Assembly (NCBI RefSeq): GCF_006345805.1
Contig: NC_042997.1
Span: forward strand, 108,996,001-109,060,000
DNA from: Octopus sinensis
Lineage: Eukaryota
Direction of reading: 5' to 3'
DNA: 64,000 nucleotides
The position numbers and the translations under genes are program-made. The notes below the pieces were generated by a model. The model searched no databases, was not told the DNA's origin, and saw nothing but the letters and a program-made list of their open reading frames with translations. This document shows, in pieces, positions 12,778-24,938 of the stretch. Within the stretch, counting starts at the first letter, position 1. Each line of letters starts with the position of its first letter.

Positions 12778-12821
12778 AATAATAATGATGAAGATAATAA
12801 TAATAATAATAATAATAATAA

Positions 12822-12853
<32 letters not shown>

Positions 12854-12867
12854 TGATGATGATGATG

Positions 12868-12901
<34 letters not shown>

Positions 12902-12962
12902 GATAAATAATAATAATAATAATAATAAAATAATAATAATGAATGAAGATAATAATAATAAT

Positions 12963-13028
<66 letters not shown>

Positions 13029-13046
13029 TAAAATAATAATAATAAT
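12778..13046. repeat. (TAA/TGA)n microsatellite between two R4/Dong fragments
   Basis: Direct inspection. Confidence 0.95.
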
Positions 13047-14319
13047 ATCCCCAACTCCTAGTTAAAATATCTGACAGGAACACATAAAAAACTGGCTGAG
13101 AAATGTAATGAAATACTAGCAGAGCCAGAGACAATGCCTGAATGGCTCACGGAAGGGAAAATTATCCTAATTCCCAAATCTACTGAAACAGCAAACCCAC
13201 AAAACTACAGACCAATATCTTGTCTCCCTACAATTTACAAAGCCTTTACTGCAATAATATGACAGAGACTGAGCAAGCATCTGGTTGAAAACAACCTGTT
13301 TTCAAAAGTGCAGAAGGGATGCTGCAACGGCTCACATGGCTGTAAAGATCAGCTACTGACCAATAAAGCCATAAATGAAGACAGCCATATCTGAACACTA
13401 GCCACGAACAAGGTAGCACCAATAATCATAAAATATATAGCACATTCCATGGATAAATGGTAGACAGTGCTACAGCTCCGAACACAAGAGAGACTCATAA
13501 AAACCAAAGCGATCCCCATTAGAAGAGGAATATTCCAGGGAGACACGCTCTCTCCACTCCTTTTCTGCTTGGCACTGACACTTCTATCTGATATGTTATA
13601 TAGAACTGGATGCGGATACAAATTTTACAGCAAAACAATCAACCATCTCTTGTATATGGATGATCTAAAACTGTATGATACAAACGCTGAACAGCTGGAA
13701 ACATTACTACAGACAGTGCATGAATTTACCAAAGAAATAAATATGAAATTTGGCTTAGAAAAATGTGCCAAACCAACCATGAAAAGAGGAAAACTATTTA
13801 AGAGTAGCAACATCACACTAGATAAAGCAAATGAAATAAGAGAATTAGACCAAAGCCAGACATACAAATACTTAGGAATCAATGAACTAGATACGATACA
13901 AAACACACAAATGAAAGAGAAAATAAAAAAGAATACTATAAACGAGTTAGATCAATGCTGAAAACAGAGCTCAATGCGAAAAAACAAGATAATAGGTATT
14001 AACACTTTAGCCGTCCCGGTTATAAATTACAGCTACAATATCCTTAACTGGACACTAAATGAACTAACTAAAATAGACTGGAAAACAAGAAAAATAATGA
14101 CAGGATTTAGGATGCACCACCCAAAATCTGACATAGAAAGGTTATATATACAACGTATCGGAGGGGATAGAGGCCTTACACAACTAGAAAACTATTACAA
14201 AATAACCACCATAGGACTGCAAAAATTCCTACTTCAGAAGCAAGGAAAACTAATAAAAATAACCACAAGACATGAACAAAACAAAAAACTGTTTTCAGTT
14301 TTAAAGGAAGCTGACAAAT

Positions 14320-14451
14320 TGTTGTGTAGACGCCCCAGACGATGAACTAGGCTAGTCCAATACGTAAATGTAGAGGGAGAAGTCTAGACATCAGAATAGA
14401 GAGAGTGGAGTAGAGTTGAGTAGTAGAGGCATCCGAACGTGTGACATAACA
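14320..14451. mobile_element. 132-bp solo LTR-like insertion with a 5-bp TSD
   Basis: Begins TGTTGTG, ends CATAACA (imperfect terminal IR, TG...CA); CAAAT duplicated at 14315-14319 and 14452-14456; removing it restores the LINE frame EADKYKQEIIPP. Confidence 0.8.
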
Positions 14452-14489
14452 CAAATACAAACAAGAAATCATACCACCTAACAAATATG

Positions 14490-14590
14490 AGGAAGAAGAA
14501 GAAGAAGAAGAAGAAGAAGAAGAAGAAGAAGAAGAAGAAGAGAAGAAGAAGAAGAAGAAGAAGAAGAAGAAGAAGAAGAAGAAGAAGAAA
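14490..14590 (+). repeat. (GAA)n expansion inside the LINE ORF
   Basis: Run lies between in-frame PNKYE and ETIKAIKQMK. Confidence 0.9.
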
Positions 14591-14914
14591 CAATAAAAGC
14601 TATAAAACAAATGAAATCCAACCTAAAACTAGAACAGAAACGGACCATGATAAAACTATGGCAAGAAAAGCCCCTTCATGGCAAATACTGGACTAAACTA
14701 AATGCAAAAGAAATAGACAAAGAAAAATCCCAGCTGTGGTTGAGAAGCTCAGGACTCAAATCAGAGACAGAGGGATTTTTAATTGCAGCACAAGACCAAA
14801 GTCTCCCCACCAGATTTTACCAAAAACATATAATGAAAAGAAATATAACAAGTAACTGCAGAATATGTGGAGATGGACCAGAAACAATAAATCATATTAT
14901 CTCTGTCTGCCATA

Positions 14915-14948
14915 AATACTTACATACGTACGTATGTATGTATGTATG

Positions 14949-14982
<34 letters not shown>

Positions 14983-15078
14983 TGTATGTATGTATGTATG
15001 TATGTATGTATGTATGTATGTATGAATGTATGTATGTTTGTGTGTGTGTATGTATGTATGTATGTATATATATATATA

Positions 15079-15126
<48 letters not shown>

Positions 15127-15142
15127 TGCATATGTGTGTGTA

Positions 15143-15174
<32 letters not shown>

Positions 15175-15244
15175 TATAAATAATATATGTATATGTATAT
15201 ATATATATGCATATATACATACGTATATGTACATACATCTATAC

Positions 15245-15293
<49 letters not shown>

Positions 15294-15295
15294 CA
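14915..15295. repeat. (TATG)n/(TA)n microsatellite truncating the LINE
   Basis: Direct inspection. Confidence 0.95.
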
Positions 15296-15419
15296 TATGT
15301 AGGCACAGGACGTCACGAAACGTGTGTGAAACAAAAAAATACCAAGTACGAGTACATGGAATATGAACTATTTTTCGAACAACGAAAGACACAAATGGAA
15401 AACAAGACAAACAACAATA

Positions 15420-15482
<63 letters not shown>

Positions 15483-15499
15483 ATAATATATTGTTATTA

Positions 15500-16086
15500 T
15501 TAGAAAGCCAATATCAGAAAACCCCTCAGAAAGATATACACGTGTGAAAAATAATTGTTGTATTAAAAATATATAAATAAATAAATATAAATATGTATAA
15601 AAAATATATGTAAATATGTATAAGTATAAATATATAATGTATATGATAGTTTAAAAGTTTTGAATTATGTTTTAAAGCATCTTACGATCGTTTCACAGAA
15701 GAGTTGTCCCTATAATGGAATCCTATATTGATAAGCATTTATAGACAACTCTTCTGCTCTTCAGAGATATAAAATTTGAATTTTGCATAACACATCGAAT
15801 GGTAGTTTTTTTTTTAAATTTGAAGTAATACTATAAAATGGTGTTTGTTTGAAATATAAATTAAAAATTAGTACTTTTGATGAGAGTCTTTAAATCCATA
15901 TATACTTCCTTGGTTATTCTTCTGCAATAATCCATAATATTCATATGTAAAATCCGTTATATTGTCTTGTATTCCAAATATAATTAGCTTAGAAATGTGA
16001 AATTTGTATATACTTTAGTATGAGAATCTTGAAATTCATATATGTCTTCTTGATAATTCCTCTGTAACAATCCATAATACAAATAC
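15500..16086 (-). mobile_element. Penelope-like element 3' remnant (decayed GIY-YIG-like segment plus hammerhead-bearing terminus)
   Basis: Minus-strand frameshifted YYGL...YTNFTFLS/NYIWN resembles the YIG..T.LS.YIW region of PLE endonucleases; a PLE-type hammerhead lies downstream; protein match is weak and boundaries approximate. Confidence 0.45.
15679..15768 (-). ncRNA. Type I minimal hammerhead ribozyme motif (PLE type)
   Basis: AUCU-CUGAAGA-G+13-bp perfect stem II+U-GAAA-CGAUC-GUA-AGAU: 4-bp stem I, palindromic stem III ACGAUCGU, G.U at 10.1-11.1. Confidence 0.85.
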
Positions 16087-16735
16087 ATTCTGTGAGCCAT
16101 GTCAACTTTGCTGTTTATATGAGTGATCCAGCTTATGTTGTTGTCCTCAATTACTCCCAAGTCTCTGATGTTGTTGCATGTCATGAGACTTTCACCTGAA
16201 AAAGGGAGTATGGGAGTTTCAGGTTATCCTCTTTTCCGAAGTGGATTAACTCAAATTTGTACGCGTTCAGCAGCATATTATTCTTTCCCACCCATTGGAA
16301 GACAGCCAGTAGATCTGACTGAAGGCATGTCCGGTCACCCACTTCATTGATGACCTTCTGGATCCTGGAATCATCTGCAAAGATTCTTATTTTACTGTGC
16401 TTAATGATGTCAGTAATGTCATTGATGTAGAAGATGAAAAGAAGTGGGCCCAACACAGTGCCATGTGGAACACCACTACTGACTTTGGCTGGGCTTGATT
16501 TTACTCCTTCGACTACGATGTGTTGGGTTCTGCCTGTGAGGAAACACTTGATCCATTGTAGAAACTTTCCAGAGACATCAATGCTGGATAGTTTTTTTCA
16601 AGAGGTTCTTATGATCCACCCTGCCAAAGGCCTTGTTGAAATCAAGGTAGATGACATCAGTATTCGAGCCCTCTCCCAAAGCTCTCAAAATGTCTTCAAG
16701 GTGATGCAGGAGCTGCGTTAGGCAGTTCCTTCTAT
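16087..16735 (-). pseudogene. CR1/L2-type LINE reverse transcriptase fragment
   Basis: CLTQLLHH, DVIYLDFNKAFGRVDH, LGPLLFIFYIND, IFADD, RDLGV, SWITHINSKV motifs with frameshifts. Confidence 0.9.
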
Positions 16736-17107
16736 TACATATATTAGCTCCCACTCAACATATATATATTTTTTAAAGTCTTGATTCAAATAGATATGAC
16801 TGCAAGAATGAATGTACTGATCCCAAAACGATAACTAAGAGAAATACAATCAAGCAATACCAACTGTAATATTTCCATCTTAATTTTAGAAAATTAAATC
16901 ATCCATTCCTGTTTAAGATTGTAATATATCGTTTGAGGTAAAGTTGAATGCTATTTCAAAGACGGTGACAGACCCGTATATGTTACCTCGTGATTTTATC
17001 GAACAGATTAGTTATTTGATGTACAAAGATTTAGACGTCGCCATCACGGAAAATTGTCGTTAGACTTGAACTCACAACATATAGGTTTATAATCTGAGGT
17101 TTTAAAT

Positions 17108-17348
17108 TAGTGTTTCTCAACCATTTTTTGTCTTTGAACACCTTTGTTTCATATTTTATTCTCGCCAATTGATGTTTTCAAAGACCCATTACATTTTTAT
17201 AATTAAACATTATTAAGGATTGTATAAAAAAATTGCAAAAATATTTGTGCATTGTAGAAGCATAACCGATTTATTGTGCATAATTTTTAGTCACAAAATC
17301 TTATATGGACCCCCAAGGGCCATACGGACCCCCAGTTGAGAACTACAG
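17108..17348. mobile_element. hAT (Charlie-like) MITE
   Basis: Both ends approximate CAGTGGTTCTCAAC (left TAGTGTTTCTCAAC; right reverse complement CTGTAGTTCTCAAC); flanks TTTTAAAT/GATTAAAT fit a decayed 8-bp TSD. Confidence 0.65.
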
Positions 17349-17479
17349 GATTAAATGATCAAATGTTTGTGTTGTGTTGTCTAGATTCTTAGGACCCTGC
17401 TGTCTAGATTCTTAGGACCCAAAGGTACGTTTACCAGGTTCCCATCACGTAGAAGTGACCGAGGTCACAACTCCCCACC

Positions 17480-17640
17480 CTCCACCCATGAACGGGACAC
17501 CTGTCCATCAAAGGGTCACTCATCTACATTAGAGTGTCTTGCTCAAGGACACAAAAAACTCTACTCGCTCCAGGAACCGAAACCATGATCTTGCAATCAA
17601 AACTGTAATATTTCAGCCATTAGCCTTCAGCGCCTTCACA
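17480..17640 (-). mobile_element. Old tRNA-headed SINE with a GTGTCTTGCTCAAGGACAC core
   Basis: Reverse-strand B-box-like GGTTTCGGTTCC and a conserved-core-like motif; strongly diverged. Confidence 0.5.
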
Positions 17641-17721
17641 CTGCAGCGAATACCTAACTGATATACAATGCATTTCTTCGTCTTTTCTTTCCTCATTTTT
17701 CTTTTTGGTCTGTTCTCTTTA

Positions 17722-17766
<45 letters not shown>

Positions 17767-18209
17767 TTCTTTATCTCTCTCATATTTCATCTTTAGCCTC
17801 TCCCGCCTCGCCCCCACTTCCTTGACAGCTCACAATGAACTCTTTACAAACTAAATGAAACTATTAACAGCTTGAAATTCACCTTTTCAAATGTCATTAA
17901 ACCGATCTTCTGAATAACTAATATGGTTGCAACAACTAACCTATTTTACACACAGACACGCACGCACACACACACACACACACGCAAACACACACACACA
18001 CCACACACACACACACACATACGTACACACGCACGCACGCACACAAATCGACACACAACAATACCATCACATATCGGGGAAAATAGAGAAAAAAAAATTA
18101 AAGCCTTTAACGCCAGTTAGATTTCAATATAGATGTCAGAGTATTTTGCGAAGCCGTGGCACGCATTGTGGCCATTGTTCCATTGGTCCGCAGTCAGTCA
18201 ACAAATGAA

Positions 18210-18510
<301 letters not shown>

Positions 18511-18760
18511 AGAATCGTCTCTTTGATTTTTTGTGGGGGGCTAATCCAGCTGCATGGCCAATTTATGTTTTTATTTTTTTCATTTGATAATTATTTTCAG
18601 GTATACATGATAATGTTTCGGGCTTTTTTTTCTGACCAAAGAGCAAATTAAAAAAACAGCCAAATGTGTGTGTGTGTGTGTGTGTCTATGCACGTAAACA
18701 TGTATGCCTATAAACACACACACACCCACACACACATACGTACATACACACATACATACA

Positions 18761-18807
<47 letters not shown>

Positions 18808-18852
18808 TGTATTTATTATGCATTTACTATAAATGTATGTGCGTGTATATAT

Positions 18853-18886
<34 letters not shown>

Positions 18887-19908
18887 ATGTGGTGTATATA
18901 TATATATACATATATATATATGTGTATATATATACATATATATTATATATATATATATTGTGTGTATATATACCCATATATATATATATATATATAATAT
19001 ATATATATATATTATATATATATATATATATATAGGGGAGTGAGAGAGAGAGAGAATATAATATAGAGAGAGGAAGAGAAATAAACGTATAAAATCATAT
19101 GCATACACACGTACACATACATGTGCGCGTGTGTGTGTGTGTACGTGTGTGTGTGTATACAGCAGTTAATAAGAGTCCAAAAAACTAACAAAGCGATGAC
19201 ACGAACAGCGATCCATCATTTTCAGTGACATCTTGGACGACTAATTCTCTCTCCTTCCTACCTCAACCTAATCCACACTCTCTATATCTCTCTCTCTCTT
19301 TCTCTCTCCCTCTCACCCCCTCGCTCCCCGTTCTATGTTATTTTTTCTTTCAGCTGCAATCAATATGAAGCTAATTGTTACATTATTTGCCTTTATTCAG
19401 GTACCCTACCCTCACTTTTCCTCATCAACAGCAGCAACAACATCGCCACTACCTCCACCACTACCTCCACCACCACGACAATAATCATCATCACCATTCT
19501 TGCCGTCCATTTTATATGCTTATGTTTGTTAAACTCTCTTCTCATCACAATACTTTCAGAGTTAATTTAGGTGAAGTGTCCACCTGACGACAGGTGACGG
19601 TTCATCATTGTTGACTGAGAGATGCTTTATTGGGGACAGTCCAATACTAAGGGTGGATCTTCGATAGGGAACAGGACTAAGGGTTTTCGAGGACTTCCTA
19701 ATGGAGACCGACAGTGTGAGGTGGAAGGAAACTGAGGCTCACAAGCAAATCATATGAATGCTGTTGCTGTCGCTTTTGTTCTTGTTGAAATTATTTAGAT
19801 GTTGGTCAACACATGTTGAACAGACCTATGATCAGATATATTCCATCCGTGACAATCACTTCATGTTAGAGAAATATGGGAGTGTATTATTCAAAAATCA
19901 AAAGGCAC

Positions 19909-20065
19909 AAGTACAAACGTCACTAAAGTGACTAAGGGTGCAAACCAGCACCAGCATTGCTAGAAATAGCAGTCAAAACTACTCTTAACCATGGGTAAAC
20001 TCCTATCTATTGGCTGACAAGGTGAGTTCCGTTCAACCCTAGGAACTTCTGTGACGTTTGTACTT
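19909..20065. mobile_element. Candidate MITE with a perfect 15-bp terminal inverted repeat
   Basis: AAGTACAAACGTCAC (19909-19923) and GTGACGTTTGTACTT (20051-20065); no clear TSD. Confidence 0.35.
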
Positions 20066-20212
20066 ATATATATATACTTATATACATACATGCATACATA
20101 CATATTTTTATATATATATATAAATATATTTATATATATATGTGTGTATATGTATGTATGTATGTGTGTATATATATATACATACGTATGTATATATATA
20201 TATATACGTATG

Positions 20213-20248
<36 letters not shown>

Positions 20249-20525
20249 TATATGTATATATATGTGTATATATATACATACGTATGTATATATATATCCA
20301 TATATATGTATGTATATATATTTATATATATGTATATATATATATATGGGTAAATTTCTTATTTACCCCAACCCATACCTAGTATTCAATTGCAATATTG
20401 CCATGCAATAGTAAGCACTTGGTTAGAAATACGTAGGTACACATCCAGTAGTACATTGGATACTTAATACCCCTCAGATGTTTTCTCAACTTATACAGAC
20501 ATACACACACACACACATACACACG

Positions 20526-20611
<86 letters not shown>

Positions 20612-20759
20612 TATGTATACATAAGAAATTGGATATTAATTTAATAAAATCAATTTAACACCAGTGGTTTAGCGCATAAAAAACTGAGATTCAGTAAATA
20701 TTATTAATACACAAATATGAGAGAGAATCCAATATGTGTATGTATATATATCTATATAG

Positions 20760-20930
20760 GGCCGGAATTGTGATGGGATTAGTCGCTGATATTGCCCCAA
20801 AATTTGATGGGTACTTTATCTAAACGACTCCGGATGGATGAAAGGCAAAACTGACTTCAGCGTAATTTGAACTCAGAACGTAGACAGAATAATATCGAAA
20901 TACATTTTGTCCGACGTTCTACTGATTCTG
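20760..20930 (-). mobile_element. SINE family A, diverged
   Basis: GGATGAAAGGCAAAACTGACTTCAGCGTAATTTGAACTCAGAACGTA. Confidence 0.7.
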
Positions 20931-21709
20931 ATCTCCATCGAGTCTGATCTTGAGTTGAACAACAACAACAACAACAACAACAACAATAGAATTAGCGACG
21001 ATGACCTTGTTACCTTATTTGGATGAAGCATAAATTTTCTGTCACATTGCGAACAGAGAGCAAAGAGAGAGAGAGAGAGAGTGGGGGACGAACAACGAAA
21101 TACATATTGTTTATTCTCATATTATTGTTCATATTATTGTTCATATTATTGTTCTTTCTCAATGGCGTTTTCTAAACTGGGAAATCTGAGTGAGATGGTT
21201 CGAAAACTCAGTCGAAGCTTCGTTGATAGCTCTGCATCAATCATGATTGAGCAGACGCATGGTCAAAGGTACTCCAACCGTAACCCTACAGCCTTTTCAG
21301 AGATATGTGGGACTAGACTGTTTAATGTGTCAGTACCTTATTTAAGATGGTACGGTGGTGATTTTAAGAAAATTTGGCTGCTGTTTCTAGCAACTCAAGC
21401 AACCATGTGGAAGATCCTACATCGATCTGTTCTTGTTTTTTTAAACTGACATCTAAAGCAAGCAGGCCCCTGTTTCCCTCCCCCATTTTTTCTATCAATG
21501 TAATACATTAGCTGTTGTTTAACCACAAATTAATATTGATTGAGCAAAGCTATAATCAAATACTATCCAGAAATGACCATTCCGCCAGAGACTACAATGC
21601 TCAATGTCTTCTTTCTTTTGTAATATGGTAGGCTGTGGTTTAAATGTGATTTGTTTGCTGTTTCTAACAGGTTAGTCAGCTGCGTAGAGACTTCTTATGT
21701 TATTTACAG

Positions 21710-22130
21710 AACCAAGAACCAGAAGTTCTTGTAAAACTAATGATCACATTTCCTCTGTAATTTACCAAGAGTTGAAGTTCTGTCTTCAGAAGTTAACATC
21801 ATCAATACTGACTATCGGGAATGTTGGTTGTTGTTATAAAAGAGACTTCGAGAAGTCACTTGCAGAAGAAATGGATCTCTGACGAAATTCCATTTCTTTA
21901 ATTTGTGAGATCAATTTATGTGTAAAAGAAGCGTCTGCAAGATGTCCGCTGACTAACAGCAAGAAACATTTTGAATCTATTGCAAGTTTATGTGCTGAGA
22001 AAGTTCCTGAATTATTCTTTCCTTAAGTAGAACTAGAGACCAGATTCAATGGTTCTTAAAACCAAAGTGATGGCTGCTATGCACAAGTCTACGGCGGAAC
22101 AATCCATATAAAGTACATCCTTCTCAAAAA
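21710..22130 (+). pseudogene. Possible highly decayed hAT transposase remnant
   Basis: One frame with stops gives, in order, LTIGNVG, LICEINLCVKE and LETRFNGS, loosely matching the hAT TTDNA, CxAHxLNLxVK and TRWNS motifs; weak. Confidence 0.25.
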
Positions 22131-23147
22131 ATGCTGGCGATTACATCTTTTTTAATTCCATCTTGGTTACACTTTATGTGAAGCGAACCGAAGAGTAAGA
22201 TGAAAGCTGAAACAATTACGAGAGTTGGTATCGATTTCTAATCAAAATCTCTTCCTTCTCTTGCTGTAGTTAATGTCTTTGAGAGCGGATTGAACACCTC
22301 ACAACTTCATTCGCTCTCCATAGTTTTATATATAATTAATTACATTTACATTGTTATTATTATTTAATATTTATAAATAACAATTATCAATTCATGAATA
22401 ATTCATCGAGTTGGTTTTATTTATAAAATTACTCTATATTTAGTTTTGAAAATCTATTCATATTCCTTTTAAGTCGAACCTTCCATATAACTCGTTGATG
22501 GCAATATGTCTGTGTATCTCTTATATTTTGTTTTTATTAATGCATTTGTTTCTTTACGTTTTTGTATATCATTTACATTTCATTAGAATTCTCATCAAAA
22601 TATTATGCCATTAGAGTAAACGAAAGTAAATTATTATCATAAAGCTGTGTCTTGTCCATCAACTGTTTAGTTTAATAGAAAAAGGCGGAGATATGTTTGC
22701 AGTAACTAATATCTTGTAATTCATTCACTGACAGGAAGATCACTGAACGCTTCGTCTTTATTTAGAATCATTCAACCGGAACGACATCTTCTTTAGAAGC
22801 CTAAGATATTTTGCAGTTTTTATATATTTAATTATTCATTTATTTATAGATTTATTTATTCATTTATTTCTACTGTCTTAGTCAAAGAAGAAGAATCAGC
22901 TTCCATTCACATTTCCAGGGCCCACGATACGAAAGGAAAGCAGAGAGGAAAGCAGGAAGCTATTCTCAAACCAGAGACCTGGCTCTAATACAGGCAACAA
23001 AGTCGGCTCCACTAAAGACAGCCAAGGGCTAGGGGACGAGTTCAATAGGCCGCCAAATTAAGTTAGCTTAGTGCCGCTGTTTTCTAGTCTTTTTCTATTC
23101 ATGGCACACTGTATAAATGTTATGGCTTACCATCAGATTTTTAGAAG

Positions 23148-23281
<134 letters not shown>

Positions 23282-23301
23282 GTCTATCTATCTATCTATC
23301 T

Positions 23302-23398
<97 letters not shown>

Positions 23399-23444
23399 TG
23401 TGTGTGGTGTGTGTGTGTGTGTGTGTGTGCGTGTGTGTGTGTTT

Positions 23445-23790
23445 CTACCTCTTGCTTCAGTCATTGAAGTGCGACCACGTTGTCCAGTGCAGTTTATTTT
23501 CATTCGAACTTATCGAAAGTATTTTTATTTGAAGGCCGGTACTTATTCTAAAGGTATCTTTTCCCGACCATAAGTTACGCGGACATAAACACCCCAAGAC
23601 CGTTTGTCAAGCGGTGGTAGGGGACAATCACAGACACAAAGATATACACATATAAGACGGACTTCATTCAGTTTCCGTCTAACAAATCCACTCACAAGAC
23701 TTTGATCGGCACATGGCTATAGTAGAGTACACTTGGTGAGGGTACCACGCACCGAGACTGAACCCGGAACCATGTGGTTAGGAAGCAAAC
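23445..23790 (-). mobile_element. SINE family B, diverged
   Basis: Reverse complement of the family B tail, body and head. Confidence 0.75.
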
Positions 23791-23934
23791 TTATTAGAAA
23801 CAACTTTGTTTTGTTTTCTTTTCGTAGTTTCCCTGATATCTTCTCGCATTGTTCCGCCCTTCCTCAACAAGACTTTTTAATGTAATATCATACAATGCCT
23901 CACCAGAACAACTCCATTTTAACTTATATATTTT

Positions 23935-24111
23935 GTCTTTCACTTGTTTCAGTCATTAGACTGCGGCCATACTGGGGCACTGCCTTGAAGAATTCTTAGT
24001 CAAATGAATCGACCTCCAGGACTTTTTTTTAAAGTTCTGGAGACGTAAACACAGTAACAATGGTTTCCAAGCGGTGGTGGGGAACAAACACACACACGAA
24101 GACACAAACAC

Positions 24112-24158
<47 letters not shown>

Positions 24159-24938
24159 ATACTAAGCAATAAAGGGTTTAGCAACGAATTGCCTTACCAC
24201 ATACCGAATTTAGAAATAGCAGTCAAAGAGTTATAGCTATTTCTTCTACTAAAAAGGGAGATCTCAGTAAAAACAGCAATTGGAAGGCAGACACAAACAG
24301 GTAAGAGAGAATGGATTGACGGCAATCTATCATACAATTTTAAGTTATCTACGGACGTACGTTTCGAAATCAAGTTTTTAGGAAAGCATAAGAATTAAAT
24401 ATTAAATAATTCTATCTTACCAAAACTTCTTTTCTCTTCAGCGTAGAATACTATAATACTATAATATATACTATAATATATATATATACTTATCCATACA
24501 CACACACACACACACATATATATAGTGCGTGTGTGTAAATACATGTGTGTGTGTGTATGTAAGTGTGCATATATATATCGATGACGCGTAGACCGGCGAG
24601 GAACGGGGACGTACGAATGAGCGCGGTTGTTGCCGAGGTGTGAGTCGAAGTGCGACTACAACAGCAAGGGCGTGGACGTCCGCGTGCGGACGGACGAGCA
24701 GACGGTGGCGGCACATCGAAACCTCAACGGCCTTGTAAGGGCAAAAATGCACGTACTCGAGTCGGCCGTCGCGAAGTGACGAGAACTACCCCCCTCACAA
24801 CTACCCCATCCAATCAGCAAGAGTAAAAAAAAAGGCTATAGTAGAAGACACTTGTCCAAGGTGCCACACGGTGGGACTGAACCCAGACTCACGTGTTTGA
24901 CAAGCAAACTACTTACTACACAGCCACTCGTGCGCCTA
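23935..24938 (-). mobile_element. SINE family B apparently split by insertions (tail 23935-24110, head 24835-24938)
   Basis: Tail and head halves in the same orientation, separated by microsatellite, a hammerhead-bearing segment and a CpG-rich segment. Confidence 0.55.
24348..24447 (-). ncRNA. Type I minimal hammerhead ribozyme motif, canonical core
   Basis: UCUACG-CUGAAGA-GAAA..UUUC-GAAA-CGUAC-GUC-CGUAGA: 6-bp stem I, G10.1-C11.1, palindromic stem III ACGUACGU, GUC triplet. Confidence 0.9.

Larger units (their letters stand above)
13047..14912 (+). pseudogene. R4/Dong-clade non-LTR retrotransposon fragment B (RT domain to CCHC zinc finger; RLE domain missing)
   Basis: WLTEGKIILIPK, NYRPISCLPTIYK, GCKDQLL, IRRGIFQGDTLSPLLF, HLLYMDDLKLY, LHGKY, ETEGFLIAAQDQ and CRICGDGPETINHIISVC (C-x2-C-x7-H-x4-C); has stops, frameshifts and a deletion of the AFDSV region. 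Confidence 0.92.

Noticed and set aside
17376-17420. 23-bp tandem duplication (similar small ones at 21110-21150 and 28778-28805)
   Set aside because: Ordinary slippage duplications
19354-19480. Acceptor followed by MKLIVTLFAFIQ (second signal-peptide-like start)
   Set aside because: Weak donor, too short a hydrophobic core, and the continuation is low-complexity CAC/CAA sequence
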